58,978 nucleotides of DNA from Nitrospirota bacterium (GTDB lineage Bacteria; Nitrospirota; Thermodesulfovibrionia; Thermodesulfovibrionales; UBA1546), in assembly GCA_026387575.1 (NCBI GenBank), contig JAPLLK010000064.1, forward strand, positions 1-58,978, given 5' to 3'. The notes under the pieces were generated by a model. It did no database searches. It saw only the letters and a list, made by a program, of their open reading frames with translations, and was not told the origin of the DNA. This document shows, piece by piece, positions 58,668-58,978 of the stretch; the stretch's first letter is position 1; every line of letters begins with the position of its first letter. The translations under genes were made by a program, and so were the position numbers.

Positions 58668-58978
58668 TTATCCAGCCTCATTTCTTAAAAACTTTTCTAT
58701 CTCCTTCATCGCCCTTTCAACTGCGCCTGCCTTTTCATTGTACAAATCTTTTGCCTTGTTGCCCATAGATTTCCTTTTCTCGGGAGACTGAAGCAGTTCT
58801 TTTAGTTTTTCGCGGAGAGATGAACTTTCAGTTTCTATCGCAGCGCCCCTTTCGTAGAACTCTTTCGCAAAAGGGAAATTCTCCATGTGCGGCCCGCATA
58901 TTATCGGCTTTGCCCAGAAGGCAGGCTCAAGCAGGTTCTGCCCGCCGTGCTCTATGAAACTTCCGCCTATCACAGCAA
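58668..58978 (-). CDS. waaA: Kdo transferase, C-terminal part (truncated by window edge)
   Basis: GGSFIEHGGQNLLEPA...GPHMENF. Confidence 0.93.
   Translation of the reverse strand, partial: AVIGGSFIEHGGQNLLEPAFWAKPIICGPHMENFPFAKEFYERGAAIETESSSLREKLKELLQSPEKRKSMGNKAKDLYNEKAGAVERAMKEIEKFLRNEAG

Overview
About 59 kb of bacterial chromosome. Gene content and order suggest an anaerobic Nitrospirota (Thermodesulfovibrionia-like) organism; this is an inference. The backbone is housekeeping: hemC, tyrS, rpmH-yidD-yidC, mnmE, nadD/rsfS, proA, trpEG, serS, hisA, mrcA, ruvC, gmhA, three tRNAs, a complete nuoA-N operon, lpxK and waaA. Main observations: (1) rnpA is missing from the rpmH-yidD-yidC locus, while a protein-only RNase P (HARP/Aq_880 family) lies about 5 kb away in a housekeeping operon. 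(2) Three integron-type cassettes with attC sites, but no integrase, lie between yidC and mnmE. (3) nuoB has an in-frame TGA at a cluster-N2 cysteine followed by a SECIS-like hairpin, so it is probably a selenoprotein, and the operon also carries a stand-alone cNMP-binding gene. (4) A tightly coupled dinD-radC-membrane protein-TIR-Mod-Res defence module is inserted between waaA and lpxK, and a second type III R-M pair lies between proA and nadD. (5) There are several gene relics (internally deleted speD, a lipoyl-domain stub cut by a probable IS end, a helicase stub, fragments next to tRNA-Leu), and 7-8 bp tandem repeats have entered conserved coding sequences in frame. All calls come from reading motifs; no searches were run.
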